A stretch of 64,000 nt of DNA from Candidatus Moanibacter sp. (GTDB lineage: Bacteria; Verrucomicrobiota; Verrucomicrobiia; Opitutales; UBA2987), in the NCBI GenBank assembly GCA_965215885.1, contig CBDCEW010000089.1, positions 1-64,000 of the forward strand, given 5' to 3'. Below, in pieces: positions 50,885 to 61,556 of the stretch; positions within the stretch are counted from its first letter, which is position 1; each line of letters starts with the position of its first letter. A program made the position numbers and the translations under genes. Under the pieces are notes generated by a model. It saw nothing but the letters and a program-made list of their open reading frames with translations. It was not told the DNA's origin and did no database searches.

Positions 50885-52788
50885 CGGGAGTCTCGCTTTT
50901 GCCGTTTGCTGCGAATGATAAAGAAGTTTATCCCAAAAAACCCGACTAGAACTGGTACGGTCAGGAGGTTAAAGAGAACCAGCCTTCGTTCGAGACTCTC
51001 GATATCCTCACGGAGTTTCTTGCGAATTTCTCTGAGGGCCGCGCGTTTGTCAGCTTCCTGTTTTCGATAGTCGCTTATTACATCGCGGACATCCTGGCTC
51101 GCCACGAGTTTGCCACGCTCGCTCTGTTCTTTTAGGAGTTCCCTGAGCTCGTCTTGCACTTCGCTCAATTCCTGCTGAAGTGCGTTGTACTCATCCTGGA
51201 AACTTTGTTGTGCTTTCAGTTCGAGTTCCTGCACGACCTTGAATGGGCGCACCGCGGTGCCCTTTCCTCGCAGGGAAATGAGATCTTCACTTCCTGCGAG
51301 ATACTCCGCAATGTTGGATACGAAGCTGAGGTTATCGTTGAGTGGGCTCATTGTTGAAAGGCCGAGAAAATTCATCCTCCTTACGCTGAACTGGTCAGCC
51401 AGAAAATCGGAATCGGCGATCAGAACTACCGTACTGGTGCCGCTTGATTCGGATAATCCCTCTTCCTTTTCCGGCAGAAGGACCGATGGCCTGTCGGAAT
51501 CTGTGTCGTCATCGGAATCTTCAGAATCGGTCTCTGGCTTGGGTCTGCCTTCCGGGAAAGCAGTTTTGAAACTCCCCCGAACAATTCCGGCCAGTGTTCG
51601 GACTTGCCCAGTGGGTCTGATCTGACGCGTTAGGCTTTCCGGTGTTGAGAAATTGAGCATGCTCGCGGTGAGACGGTCGCTTCGATCGGAGCTGGTAATG
51701 AGTGGCACGAAATCGAGCTCACTGCCTTCTTTCAATTCAAAGCTCCCCGATTCGACCAGCAGCATCGTGTTTAACTGGGCGGTGGCGGGAGAGTTCGAGT
51801 CAAGTGAATCCAGTGACACCCAGGCGGGATAGCGAACCTGACCGCCACCAGTGCTTACGGTCGCAGCATATTTTAGATCCGCGACAAAATAGAGAGGGTC
51901 ATATTCAATACCCCAGCTCCTGAAAAGGCGGGGCAAGTCGCTCGAAGTTAAATTCATTCCTCTCATCATCGCCTGTTGGCCCATTTGACTCTTCTGCAAA
52001 TATGAGGAGGGATCGACCGCGATGAAGGCGGGTTTTCCCGAAAGGACAAACTGGTCGATTTCGAAGAGAAGACGGTCGGAGAGGTTTTGGGGATGAATGA
52101 CTGCGAGGACGTCGATCTCTTCAGAAAGCTCGTCTTCATCGGAGGAGATTTGCTCTATTTCGAAGCTGTTTCTCAACTCTTGAATAAATACCCAGTCCTG
52201 GGGCATCTGCTGCCCGGGCATCATTCCGGGGACGAATTGGCTGATGACCGGCAGGCTTGAAACGACTCCGAGGGTGGGCAGATCATATTGCTGGACGCGA
52301 TGAACAGCTCGGGATATGTCGTATTCAAGCAAGGATTCGCGTTGGATATTGAACATGGGAATAGTCTCCTCCTGGTCTGCCTGAACGACGATCAGACCGA
52401 AAAAAAGTGAGTCTCCGGTGGGAAGACGCTGACCGGAGATTCCGGAACGTATGGCCGCCTCTTCCTCTTCTGTATCCGGCTTCGGATCGATGATGGAGAG
52501 GTCAATGTTGTCGTCCGCTGCCTTTTCGTATTGGCGCAGGAGCGCTTCCACACGAGAGGCGTAATTCTTCATCATGATCGGAACGTCCTTAACGCTTCGA
52601 CTGAAGTAGAACTGTAGGGTGATGGGGTCCTGAATCTTCTTCAGGAGGGATTTGCTCCCGTCGGAGAGAGTGTAGAGATTGTCTTTTGTAAAGTCGGCCT
52701 GACCGGGAATAAAGCCGGCGATAATTGAAATTAGAATGAGCCCGGCGATAAGGAGGCAAAATGCGACCAGTTTAGAAACACGCTTCAT
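50881..52788 (-). CDS. GldG-family ABC auxiliary protein
   Basis: DFT...YTLS, LEYDI, IDQFV..G, ADSDF, DLISLR. Confidence 0.88.
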   Translation of the reverse strand: MKRVSKLVAFCLLIAGLILISIIAGFIPGQADFTKDNLYTLSDGSKSLLKKIQDPITLQFYFSRSVKDVPIMMKNYASRVEALLRQYEKAADDNIDLSIIDPKPDTEEEEAAIRSGISGQRLPTGDSLFFGLIVVQADQEETIPMFNIQRESLLEYDISRAVHRVQQYDLPTLGVVSSLPVISQFVPGMMPGQQMPQDWVFIQELRNSFEIEQISSDEDELSEEIDVLAVIHPQNLSDRLLFEIDQFVLSGKPAFIAVDPSSYLQKSQMGQQAMMRGMNLTSSDLPRLFRSWGIEYDPLYFVADLKYAATVSTGGGQVRYPAWVSLDSLDSNSPATAQLNTMLLVESGSFELKEGSELDFVPLITSSDRSDRLTASMLNFSTPESLTRQIRPTGQVRTLAGIVRGSFKTAFPEGRPKPETDSEDSDDDTDSDRPSVLLPEKEEGLSESSGTSTVVLIADSDFLADQFSVRRMNFLGLSTMSPLNDNLSFVSNIAEYLAGSEDLISLRGKGTAVRPFKVVQELELKAQQSFQDEYNALQQELSEVQDELRELLKEQSERGKLVASQDVRDVISDYRKQEADKRAALREIRKKLREDIESLERRLVLFNLLTVPVLVGFFGINFFIIRSKRQKRDSR

Positions 52789-52853
52789 GATTTACCGATA
52801 GAGTTTCACGTTCGACAGCTGATTAAGGCAGATCTTCTAAGGCACTACGCTGC

Positions 52854-53579
52854 TCAGCGTTCCAGTACGAGCACGTTCACAAACAAGGAGAAGGCGCCCA
52901 ATGAGAAAAAGAAGATTATGTCGCGTAGGGTGACAAGTCCCCGAACCATTGGATCAAAGTGTGTTATGAAACTGAAGTTGGAAAATGCGTCGACCATCCA
53001 TACTGGAAAGTGTGCCGAAACCATGAGATCGTTGAAGACGCTCCATCCAAGGAAGACTAGAACCAGACAGGCAAATACGCTCAGAACAAAACTGATCACC
53101 TGGTTCTTCGTCAGAGCTGAGGTAAGCGAGCAGATGCTGAGATAGGTGCCAGCCATGAGTATGCTTCCGAAGTAGCCACTGAATATCGGACCCCAATCGG
53201 GGTCTCCCAAATAGGCCACCGTCAGGGGCATGGTAAAGCTCAGCAATACTGCCAAACTGAGAAAGGCCCATCCAGCGAGAAATTTACCAAATACCGCCTG
53301 GGTTACCGAGAGGGGAAGGGTGAATAGCAGCTCCCATGTGCCGGATCGCTTCTCCTCCGCCCAGAGGCGCATCCCGACTGCCGGAATCAGAAAAAGATAA
53401 ATCCATGGCTGGAACATGAAGAAACGTGTTAAGCTGGCATTGTTGGTATCGAAGAATCCGCCCAAAAACCAGGTGAGTCCGATCGCGGCGACGAGAAATA
53501 TGATGAGAAAGACATAGGCCACGGGAGATCGGAAATACCCGAAAAACTCTCGTTTAAAGACAGTGAAGATTGCTTTCAT
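52854..53579 (-). CDS. ABC-2 permease (GldF-like)
   Basis: REF.GYF.SPVAY, MRLWAEE.RSGT.ELL. Confidence 0.9.
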   Translation of the reverse strand: MKAIFTVFKREFFGYFRSPVAYVFLIIFLVAAIGLTWFLGGFFDTNNASLTRFFMFQPWIYLFLIPAVGMRLWAEEKRSGTWELLFTLPLSVTQAVFGKFLAGWAFLSLAVLLSFTMPLTVAYLGDPDWGPIFSGYFGSILMAGTYLSICSLTSALTKNQVISFVLSVFACLVLVFLGWSVFNDLMVSAHFPVWMVDAFSNFSFITHFDPMVRGLVTLRDIIFFFSLGAFSLFVNVLVLER

Positions 53580-53586
53580 GCCAGAC

Positions 53587-54513
53587 TTAGTTCGATTCCT
53601 GTGTCAACTCCCAGAAGACCTCCTCCAGTCGGACGGGGGGTTTATCGATGCTTGCCAGTTTCCAGTTGTTCTCCTGGGCGATAGAGAAAATTGCTGCGTC
53701 GATGGCCTTTCCGCTCGCCGGAATGGCTATGAGTTGCCCATCTTCTTCCAATACCTCCTCTACGAAATCGAGTGCTTCGAGGGTTCTCCTTATCGGATTT
53801 GGGTCGGTCTCGTTCAAAGATATCCGGACTGCATTATAATGGCGGTGCCTCTTGCGGAGGTCCTCAGGGGCCTCGTCCACCAGGATCTTTCCACGCGCGA
53901 TAATGGCGACGCGATTGCACATGGCTTCGACTTCCTCAAGAATATGGGTCGAAAGGATTATCGCCTTGTCTTCTGCCATCGAGGAGATAAGCCGCCGAAC
54001 TGCCTGTTTCTGGTTGGGATCGAGACCGTCCGTGGGTTCGTCCATGATCAAGTATGGGGGATCGTGAATGACCGCCTGGGCCATACATACTCGTTGACGA
54101 TAGCCTTTGCTGAGAGTCTCGATAGTTTGGTTAACCACCTCCTCGAGATGGCAGATTTCCACGACGTTGGATATGCGGCTGGCCTTTGCCGCGGATGAGC
54201 GGTAGCCCCGCATTTCCGCGATGAAGTTCAGGAATTCCATGACCGTCATCTCCTGGTAGAGTGGGCCGTTTTCAGGGAGATAACCGAGGAGTCTCTTCGC
54301 TTCTATGGGATTTTCGGTGATGTCGTGCCCGCCGATTCGCGCGCTACCTTCCGTAGGGGGCAGGAACCCGGTGATCATTTTCATAGTCGTCGATTTTCCA
54401 GCGCCGTTAGGTCCCAGAAATCCGAGGATATCACCTTTCTTTACTTGGAATGCAATGTTGTCGACGGCTCGGATGGAGCCGAAATCCTTAACGAGGTGTT
54501 CAGTCTCGATCAT
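53587..54513 (-). CDS. ABC ATP-binding protein (GldA-like)
   Basis: GPNGAGKS, LSKGYRQR, MDEPT. Confidence 0.93.
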   Translation of the reverse strand: MIETEHLVKDFGSIRAVDNIAFQVKKGDILGFLGPNGAGKSTTMKMITGFLPPTEGSARIGGHDITENPIEAKRLLGYLPENGPLYQEMTVMEFLNFIAEMRGYRSSAAKASRISNVVEICHLEEVVNQTIETLSKGYRQRVCMAQAVIHDPPYLIMDEPTDGLDPNQKQAVRRLISSMAEDKAIILSTHILEEVEAMCNRVAIIARGKILVDEAPEDLRKRHRHYNAVRISLNETDPNPIRRTLEALDFVEEVLEEDGQLIAIPASGKAIDAAIFSIAQENNWKLASIDKPPVRLEEVFWELTQESN

Positions 54514-54713
54514 AGTGAGAGGCGGAAATTTAAAGATCTAAGAAGTGCGGATGTAAGTGAGCCGCGCGATTGTAGTTTGTGTTTCGCTCGTAATGTTTCT
54601 CAGAGAATTCGGGAATTCAGGACTGTCAATCTTGGATTTTCACCTGACCTAGGCTGAAGAACACACCTGACCCGCTTCTCTGGCAGCCTGTCGGGCTTAT
54701 TCGAACTCTCGGA

Positions 54714-56096
54714 TCAGTAGGCCACGAGTGGCAGCCATGTAACGAGACCCGGAAAGAAGAAGACAAACACGAGGGCAACAAGCTGGAGGATGACAAAAGG
54801 AACCGCTCCCCGGTAAATGTGGCTGATCTCAATTTCAGGAGGACAGACCCCTTTTACAAAAAAGAGAGCGAATCCGACTGGTGGTGTCAGAAAGGAAGTC
54901 TGAAGGGTTACGGCATATAGGATTGAGAACCAGACGAGGCCCGCCTTTTCCAGTGGCGACTCTGAGACCGGACCGAGATCCAGCCCCGCCAGGACCGGCG
55001 CGATAAGTGGCAGAATGATAAGCGTGATTTCTATCCAATCGAGGAAGAAACCAAGCAGGAAGATCACTCCGAGTACCAGGACGATGAGAAGGTTGGGGCT
55101 TACGTCGATGCCCAGGAGAAGACTCTCGATCAATTCATCTCCACCGAGAAAGCGCAGGACGAGTGAAAAGCAAGTTGCGCCGATCAGAATGGCGAAGAGA
55201 AACCCCAACGTTTTCAGGGTTTCCCTCATCGCTTCGCGGAGAATGCGGAAGTTTAGTTTCCTGTTAAATGCGGCTAACAGAAATGCCCCTGCCGCACCCA
55301 TGCCGCTCGATTCTGTCGGTGTAGCGATACCGAAAAAAATAGAACCGAGAACGAGCAGAATGAGGAGCATCGCGGGCACGATGGCAAGGGCGAGTTCACC
55401 ACACATTTTCCAGGTGAATGGTTTCCTGTTCTTCGGCAGGGGAGCAACTTCGGGCCTGAGGAGCGAGTAAATTAAAATATAGAGAACGTAGAACGATGCC
55501 AGCAGGATTCCCGGAAATACCGCTCCCATAAACAGGCTGCCTACGGGGAGTTGGAGCTGATCTGCCATGATAATGAGCATGATGCTCGGTGGTATGAGGA
55601 TTCCGAGAGTTCCAGCGCCGCAGACTGTTCCCACCGCCAACTCCTTGCGATAGCCTTGTGAGAGCATCACGGGAAGGGAGAGAATGCCCAGGAGGACGAT
55701 TGAAGCGCCGATGATACCCGTCGCGGCAGCGAGAAGGACGCCGATAACTGTTACACTGACCGCGAGTCCGCCATGGATGCCACCAAGGAGTTTCTGCATC
55801 GATTGCATGAGTTTCTCCGCCACTCCCGAGCGGTCGAGCATATGCCCCATAAAGATGAACATTGGCAGGGCGACAAGGACCCAGTTTTCCATCAGGGCGA
55901 ATATTCGATTTACTATCAGGGAGAAAGTCCTGAGATCGAGACCGATAAATGTCCCGGCGAATCGATCGCACAGCATCGCTATGAAAGTGAAGATGACGGC
56001 CAAACCACCTAGAGCGTATGCCACCGGAATTCCGATGAGCAGAAATGCTACGAAGCTTACGAAGAGGGCGATTATCAGGAAGGTGGTAAGTTCCAT
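54714..56096 (-). CDS. dctM: TRAP transporter large permease
   Basis: LVALPMF, GTLGILIPPS, ATPTE, LTPPVG. Confidence 0.93.
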   Translation of the reverse strand: MELTTFLIIALFVSFVAFLLIGIPVAYALGGLAVIFTFIAMLCDRFAGTFIGLDLRTFSLIVNRIFALMENWVLVALPMFIFMGHMLDRSGVAEKLMQSMQKLLGGIHGGLAVSVTVIGVLLAAATGIIGASIVLLGILSLPVMLSQGYRKELAVGTVCGAGTLGILIPPSIMLIIMADQLQLPVGSLFMGAVFPGILLASFYVLYILIYSLLRPEVAPLPKNRKPFTWKMCGELALAIVPAMLLILLVLGSIFFGIATPTESSGMGAAGAFLLAAFNRKLNFRILREAMRETLKTLGFLFAILIGATCFSLVLRFLGGDELIESLLLGIDVSPNLLIVLVLGVIFLLGFFLDWIEITLIILPLIAPVLAGLDLGPVSESPLEKAGLVWFSILYAVTLQTSFLTPPVGFALFFVKGVCPPEIEISHIYRGAVPFVILQLVALVFVFFFPGLVTWLPLVAY

Positions 56097-56112
56097 GCGC
56101 TTTCGCTTTCTC

Positions 56113-56209
56113 GAAGCCTGTCGGACTCATCCCTTTCGGGATCTACTTTTCTCACCTAAAATTCCGTAGCTCAGGGATGCTTAAAACGCTAAGTCCGACA
56201 GGTTCCTAG
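56113..56209. mobile_element. About 97-bp MITE-like element between dctQ and dctM
   Basis: IR CCTGTCGGACT / AGTCCGACAGG, ends in CTAG. Confidence 0.6.
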
Positions 56210-56220
56210 TCTGTGGCGTG

Positions 56221-56739
56221 CTATTTCTCACCTACCACGACACTTCCCGTGTAGAGTCGAATCACTCTGGCAAAGGAATTCAGGAGAAGATATATGGCCC
56301 CAATAGGAATGAATGCTTTTATCAACCAACGCCAACGCAGTCCTCCCGGCGAAGGCGATTTCTCTCCGATGCGAAAAGCATCATGGGTAAATTCGCAACC
56401 ATACCAAAAGACGATGACAAAGAGCGGGACAAAAAAGAAAAGGATGCCGACGATTTCGATTATTCTCTTCGCATTTGCCGAAAAAATACGGTGAAGCAGA
56501 TCAACCCGCACGTGGGCGTCCTCTTTTTGAGCATAAGATAGGCTGATCGTCACCATCACGGCATAGAAGTGCCATTGCAACTCGCCCAGCGCCACCATGT
56601 CTCTGCTGAAAACGTAGCGCAGAACAACCTGCACAATGATGTTGAACATGAGCAGAACGGTTGCCCAGGCGAAGAAGTGTCCCGAGATTTCCACGAATCT
56701 CTCGACCCGTTCGGCGAGAGCGTTAAGCCTGTTCAACAT
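56221..56739 (-). CDS. dctQ: TRAP transporter small permease
   Basis: VVLRY, ELQWH, HVRVD, S..PGGL. Confidence 0.92.
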   Translation of the reverse strand: MLNRLNALAERVERFVEISGHFFAWATVLLMFNIIVQVVLRYVFSRDMVALGELQWHFYAVMVTISLSYAQKEDAHVRVDLLHRIFSANAKRIIEIVGILFFFVPLFVIVFWYGCEFTHDAFRIGEKSPSPGGLRWRWLIKAFIPIGAIYLLLNSFARVIRLYTGSVVVGEK

Positions 56740-56784
56740 GCCGAATCGTTTCTGATCTCAAATGCGGCGGAGATAGAAGAAGGG

Positions 56785-57954
56785 CTACTCAGCCCCTTGC
56801 GAACGTGGCAGGTAGGCTTTGCTTCCCCAGATAGCGTAGCTTTTTCGAAAATCTGAATAATCCTCGTAAACCTTCTTGAAGAAGGGATCAGCGGCGGACT
56901 GCTCATCGATGACTTCCCGCCACTTTTCCCTGAATATCCGCAGCATCTCGGGAGACCAAGTCATATTGTGTACGCCGCGTTCCTCTCGATTTCGAATCAT
57001 GACAGCTGTCTGCTCCGCCTCCGCTCGGGCGATAGACGAAATGATTGTTTCGTGGCAGGCCAGGTCGATTATCGACTGTTGGCTCAATGAGAGTTCGTTC
57101 CAGACCTCATTGTTGATAAGGAGTTCAAAGGCGGAGGCCTGTTGGTGCCAGCCCGGAAAATAATTATACTTTACGATTTTGTAAAAGCCGAGATTTTCGT
57201 CGCTGCTCGGTAGCGAGTACTCGGTAGCATCGATGACTCCTTTTTCCAAAGCCGGAAAGATCTCGCCCTGAGGCAACAGGTTGACCGAAACCCCGACCTT
57301 TTCCATGACTCTGCCTCCGAGCCCAAAAAATCGCATCTTGATTCCCTTCAGATCATCAGGGGAAGTGATTGCATGGGCGAACCAACCCGATGTCTCCGGT
57401 GGAATCATTCCGCAGACGAGCACTTTTACATTCAATCCGTAATGATCGTACATTTCCTGATAAAGTTTCAGCCCGTTGCCGGCGAAGAGCCACGCAATCA
57501 GTTCACTCGTATCTGGACCGAACGGCACCGAGGAAAAAAATGGGGCGGCAGGCATCTTGCCCATCCAGAAGCCCGCCGTCGAGTATCCGGCGTCGACTTT
57601 CCCGGCCGATACTGCGTCCAGCACTTCCAAAGCGCTGACCAATTTTCCCGGATCGAACACTTTTATTTTGATAGTGTCCCCACTGGCTGCGGCCACCCTT
57701 TCCACAAAATGCAGGATGTTTTCACCCACTATTGGCGTGCTCGTCGGGTAAGAGGCGGCCAGTTTGAGCTCTACCGGCCTTGCCTTGCCTACTCCTGCAT
57801 CAGACTGCGTTTGCTGCTGATTTGAGCATCCCGCTGACGTGAGTAATAGTGCAAGTAGACAGTACCAACCCTTTAAATCGCTTCGACACTCTGTTCTCAA
57901 GACGTGATTGAACACTATTGATCTCAATTTTATTGAGAAGTCCTTTCTTGACAT
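56785..57954 (-). CDS. dctP: TRAP substrate-binding protein (TakP-like), intact
   Basis: VPFG, GWF, KMRFFGLGG, ALEKGVIDATE, YFPGWHQ. Start uncertain. Confidence 0.9.
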   Translation of the reverse strand: MSRKDFSIKLRSIVFNHVLRTECRSDLKGWYCLLALLLTSAGCSNQQQTQSDAGVGKARPVELKLAASYPTSTPIVGENILHFVERVAAASGDTIKIKVFDPGKLVSALEVLDAVSAGKVDAGYSTAGFWMGKMPAAPFFSSVPFGPDTSELIAWLFAGNGLKLYQEMYDHYGLNVKVLVCGMIPPETSGWFAHAITSPDDLKGIKMRFFGLGGRVMEKVGVSVNLLPQGEIFPALEKGVIDATEYSLPSSDENLGFYKIVKYNYFPGWHQQASAFELLINNEVWNELSLSQQSIIDLACHETIISSIARAEAEQTAVMIRNREERGVHNMTWSPEMLRIFREKWREVIDEQSAADPFFKKVYEDYSDFRKSYAIWGSKAYLPRSQGAE

Positions 57955-58129
57955 CGCCTACACTTGACTCTTGCGACAAAGTCCCGCCTGAAAACGCCTC
58001 GTTCCTTTGAATCAGCCAGACACTGCGGGCCGGATCTTGCCCAAATCCCACCTTGGAGCAAGCTAAAGATATTCCTGTTTCTTCTGGACTTCTGTTCCTA
58101 CCCCATTCCTATTAGGAAAATAGAATATA

Positions 58130-59511
58130 AGGGACAGGCTTAAAATACAATTCAGAGTGAAATAATCAAAGGACATTATTATGAGAAAGAGGAGATTGAA
58201 GGTACTTGGTAGAGCTGCTGTATACCATTGTGTAACACGGACAGTAAATAAGGAGCGGTTGATCGATGATTTAGCGAAGGAGGTGCTTCGCAAGCAGCTA
58301 TGGCAGGTGGCCGACTTTAGCGGGGTGGAGGTGATTACCTATTGCATTCTGAATAATCATTTTCACGTCATGATTCAGGTTCCTGACCGGGAGAGTGTAG
58401 TAATTTCTGATAAGGAGTTGATGCGACGATATCGAGTGCTGTATCCGAAGCCGACAGCGTATCAGCAGGCCGATGCGAAGGTCTTGGAGATAAAGCTGTT
58501 AGAAGATGGAGAGGAGGCAAAAGCGTTGAGGAAACAGCTCTTGGATCGAATGCATGATGTCTCGGAGTTCATGAAGACCTTGAAGCAGCGATTTTCGATC
58601 TGGTATAACCGAACGCACGACCGCGTTGGGACACTGTGGAGTGAGCGATTCAAGAGTACCCTGGTTGAGGGGACGGATGCGGCGCTGCGGATCACGGCAG
58701 CATATATTGATCTGAATCCGGTGCGTGCTAAGATCGTGAATGACCCGAAAGAATATCGGTGGAGTGGTTATGGGGAGGCGATGGGCGGGTATGCAAGAGC
58801 CCGCTTTGGGATCATTGAGAGCATCCGGCGTTTTGAAGGGGAGAATTTGAGCTGGAGGAAAGCGGCGAGGGAGTATCGCAGGTTGCTTTACTGCAAAGGG
58901 GCTTCACCCTCGCCGAGTGGTGGTGCTACGATTCCAGAAGAAGAATGGAGAAGAGAGATGGAAAAGGGCGGGGAGGTGCCGGTAGCAGAAGCATTGCGGT
59001 GTCGGGTTCGGTATTTTACAGATGGGGCGGTACTCGGATCGCGGGAATATGTGGAGCATGTGTATCAGGAGTTTCGTGATCAGTTTGGGCAGAAGCGAAA
59101 ATCGGGACCGAGGCGGATGAAAGGAAGCGATTGGGAGGGATTGATGGTGCTGAGGGACCTAAGGAGGGAAATTTTCGGTTAGATATTGGCGAGGAATTCG
59201 TCGGCGCGAATCACTTGCAAAATCGGGGGGCGAAAAGGGGAGAGGTGTGACCCTTCTGGGTAATCCTCGAGGGGCGCAATGGAAGGGAAAGAGTCGTTGG
59301 TGTATGAATGATGGGTCGCTTATTGTCTATAGAGAGGAAGAGTGAGCTTCCGTCCCACCGAATCGCGTAGGTCGTTAGAAGAGCATCAAAAGAAGGTTTC
59401 ACTGGGAATGGAACCTTCGGTGATTCCTCCTGACTGAACTCGACTGATGCTGATTATCATATGCGATTTCGGTTTTAAGATAAAGAACCTGTCCCTAAAG
59501 AACCTGTCCCT
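58130..59511 (+). mobile_element. IR-bounded RAYT element inside the TRAP operon
   Basis: AGGGACAGG at 58130. Inverted and tandemly duplicated TAAAGAACCTGTCCC x2 at 59481-59510. Confidence 0.6.
58181..59182 (+). CDS. REP-associated tyrosine transposase (RAYT, HUH Y1)
   Basis: YHCVTRTV, NHFHV, GTLWSERFKS, YIDLNPVRA, YRWSGY, YFTDG. Confidence 0.9.
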   Translation: MRKRRLKVLGRAAVYHCVTRTVNKERLIDDLAKEVLRKQLWQVADFSGVEVITYCILNNHFHVMIQVPDRESVVISDKELMRRYRVLYPKPTAYQQADAKVLEIKLLEDGEEAKALRKQLLDRMHDVSEFMKTLKQRFSIWYNRTHDRVGTLWSERFKSTLVEGTDAALRITAAYIDLNPVRAKIVNDPKEYRWSGYGEAMGGYARARFGIIESIRRFEGENLSWRKAAREYRRLLYCKGASPSPSGGATIPEEEWRREMEKGGEVPVAEALRCRVRYFTDGAVLGSREYVEHVYQEFRDQFGQKRKSGPRRMKGSDWEGLMVLRDLRREIFG

Positions 59512-59547
59512 AATAAAGAGATAGCTATGGTAGAGGTTTTGCTGGGG

Positions 59548-60651
59548 TTATTGGGGGGCTTGTGGGCGAGGAAGATAGGCTTTGCTGCCTCAGACGGCGT
59601 ATTTGTTCCGAAAAGTCGAGTAGTCGTCATAAACTTTCTTAAAGAATGGATGGGCGGCGGACTCTTCGGCGGCAACTTCCTGCCATTTTTCTCTAGGCAT
59701 TCGCAGTAGATCGGGTGGCCAGGACATATTGTGGACACCACGCTCTTGGGCGTTGCGAGACATTACGGTTGCTTGAGTCGCTTCTCCCCTGGCGATGGAA
59801 AAGATAATGGTGTCACGGCAAGCGAGTTCGATGATGGCCTGTTGGCTGGGCGAGAATCTGTTCCAGACGTCCCTGTTGATGAGCAGTTCAAAAGCAGAGG
59901 TTTGCTGGTGCCAACCGGGGAAATAGTTGTATTTTACGATTTTATATAAGCCCATATCCTCATCAATACTGGGCATGGCGTATTCAGTAGCATCGATAAC
60001 TCCTTTTTCGAGAGCGGGAAAGATTTCTCCGGGAGGGAGAAAGTTTACAGCCACTCCGAGTTTATTCATGATACTCCCGCCTAAACCGAAAAAGCGCATC
60101 TTGAGTCCTTTCAAATCGTCTGGAGTACGGATCTCATGGGCGAACCAACCGGAAGTCTCGGGAGGAGAGATAGCAGAGACGAAGACCTTAACATTAAAAC
60201 CGTAGCGATCGTACATTTCCTGAAAGAGCTTCAAACCGTTGCCGGCAAAGAACCAGGCGAGATATTCGCTGCTGTCAGGCCCGAAGGGGACGGAAGAAAA
60301 GAGAGGAGCGGCCGGCACTTTACCCATCCAGAATCCAGGTGAGGACCAACCGGCATCGACCTTACCGTTGGAAACGGCATCAAGGATCTCGGTAGAAGCG
60401 ACCAGTTTTCCCGGGTTGAAGATCTTGATCTGGATGGATCCTGCGCTCGATTCAGCTACCCGATCAATAGAATGCACAAGACTCTCACCCTGTATAGGTG
60501 CGCTCGTATTCCAAAGGGATGCGAGCTTGATCTGGACGGGACGACTAGTGGGCGCCATTACATCACCTTGAGGCGAGGGTCCTGGCGCACAACTTCCACC
60601 GATAATGATAAGCGCAACAAGGCCAGCAAAAATCGCTGTTGATTTCATCAT
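59548..60651 (-). pseudogene. dctP: DctP paralog with in-frame TGA 14 codons before the ancestral stop
   Basis: ...KYAV-TGA(59590-59592)-GSKAYLPRPQAPQ-TAA, versus YAIWGSKAYLPR in the intact paralog. May still function as a slightly truncated protein. Confidence 0.75.
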
Positions 60652-61439
60652 TTATTGAGAATGAGAGGGGCGAGGCAGATAAGCTTTGCCGCCCTATATC
60701 GCGTAGTTTTTGCGAAATTCGGAATAGTCTTCATAAACCTTTCGGAAGAAGGCATCTTTGCGGGATTCTTCCTCCGCAACTTCAAGCCATTTGTTTTTCA
60801 GGATTCTCAACACCTCAGTCGACCAAGTTATGTTGGTAACACCCCTATTCTCGGTGTTGCGAATCATGACGTCTGCCTGACTCGCTTCCGCGAGGGACAT
60901 TGAATAGACTATAGTGGCGCGAGAAGCCGTTTCTATAATCGCCTTCTGGGCGGGAGAGAGCTTGCTCCAGGCATCCTTGTTGATAAGCAGTTCAAAGGCG
61001 GAGGCCTGCTGATGCCAGCCGGGGAAATAGTTATACTTGGCGATCTTATGAAACCCAATATCCTCGTCGACGCTCGGAAGAGCGTATTCGGTGGCGTCGA
61101 TCACTCCATTTTCCAGTAGCCCGAGGCGGAGAATCCTGCGTCGACTTTACCGGTGGAGACTGCGTCGAGCACTTCAAAAGCGGCCACCAGTTTATCGGGA
61201 TCGTAGACCTTGAATTTTATGGTGCCAGCGCTGGCGGCATCGATGCGATCAACCAGATGAAGGAGGCTTTCTCCGTGGATAGGAGCTGTAGAATGAAATG
61301 AGGAGGCAAGACGCAGCTGAACGGTTTTCGTTTCAGATTTGGAAGAGAAGCCTTCTTGCGGATCGCCGCCGCAACTTAAGAGGCAAAAGGCAATGGCCGT
61401 TAGCCAGGCAAGTTTCAGCATTTGTATAATCGAACGCAT
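60652..61439 (-). pseudogene. dctP: DctP paralog with internal deletion and in-frame TAG
   Basis: GYW is joined out of frame to ENGVIDATEY near 61112. ...NYAI-TAG(60694-60696)-GGKAYLPRPSHSQ-TAA. Confidence 0.85.
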
Positions 61440-61556
61440 TGTCGCTATGTGTATTTCTGTCTAAAGCGGCCAGTTGTCGCAGGGAAAGAGTTCAGCGTTA
61501 TTCGGGCTTGATGCAATCAATTCTCATAGGCAACAATTGTTGCAGGGCTGTTGTCG

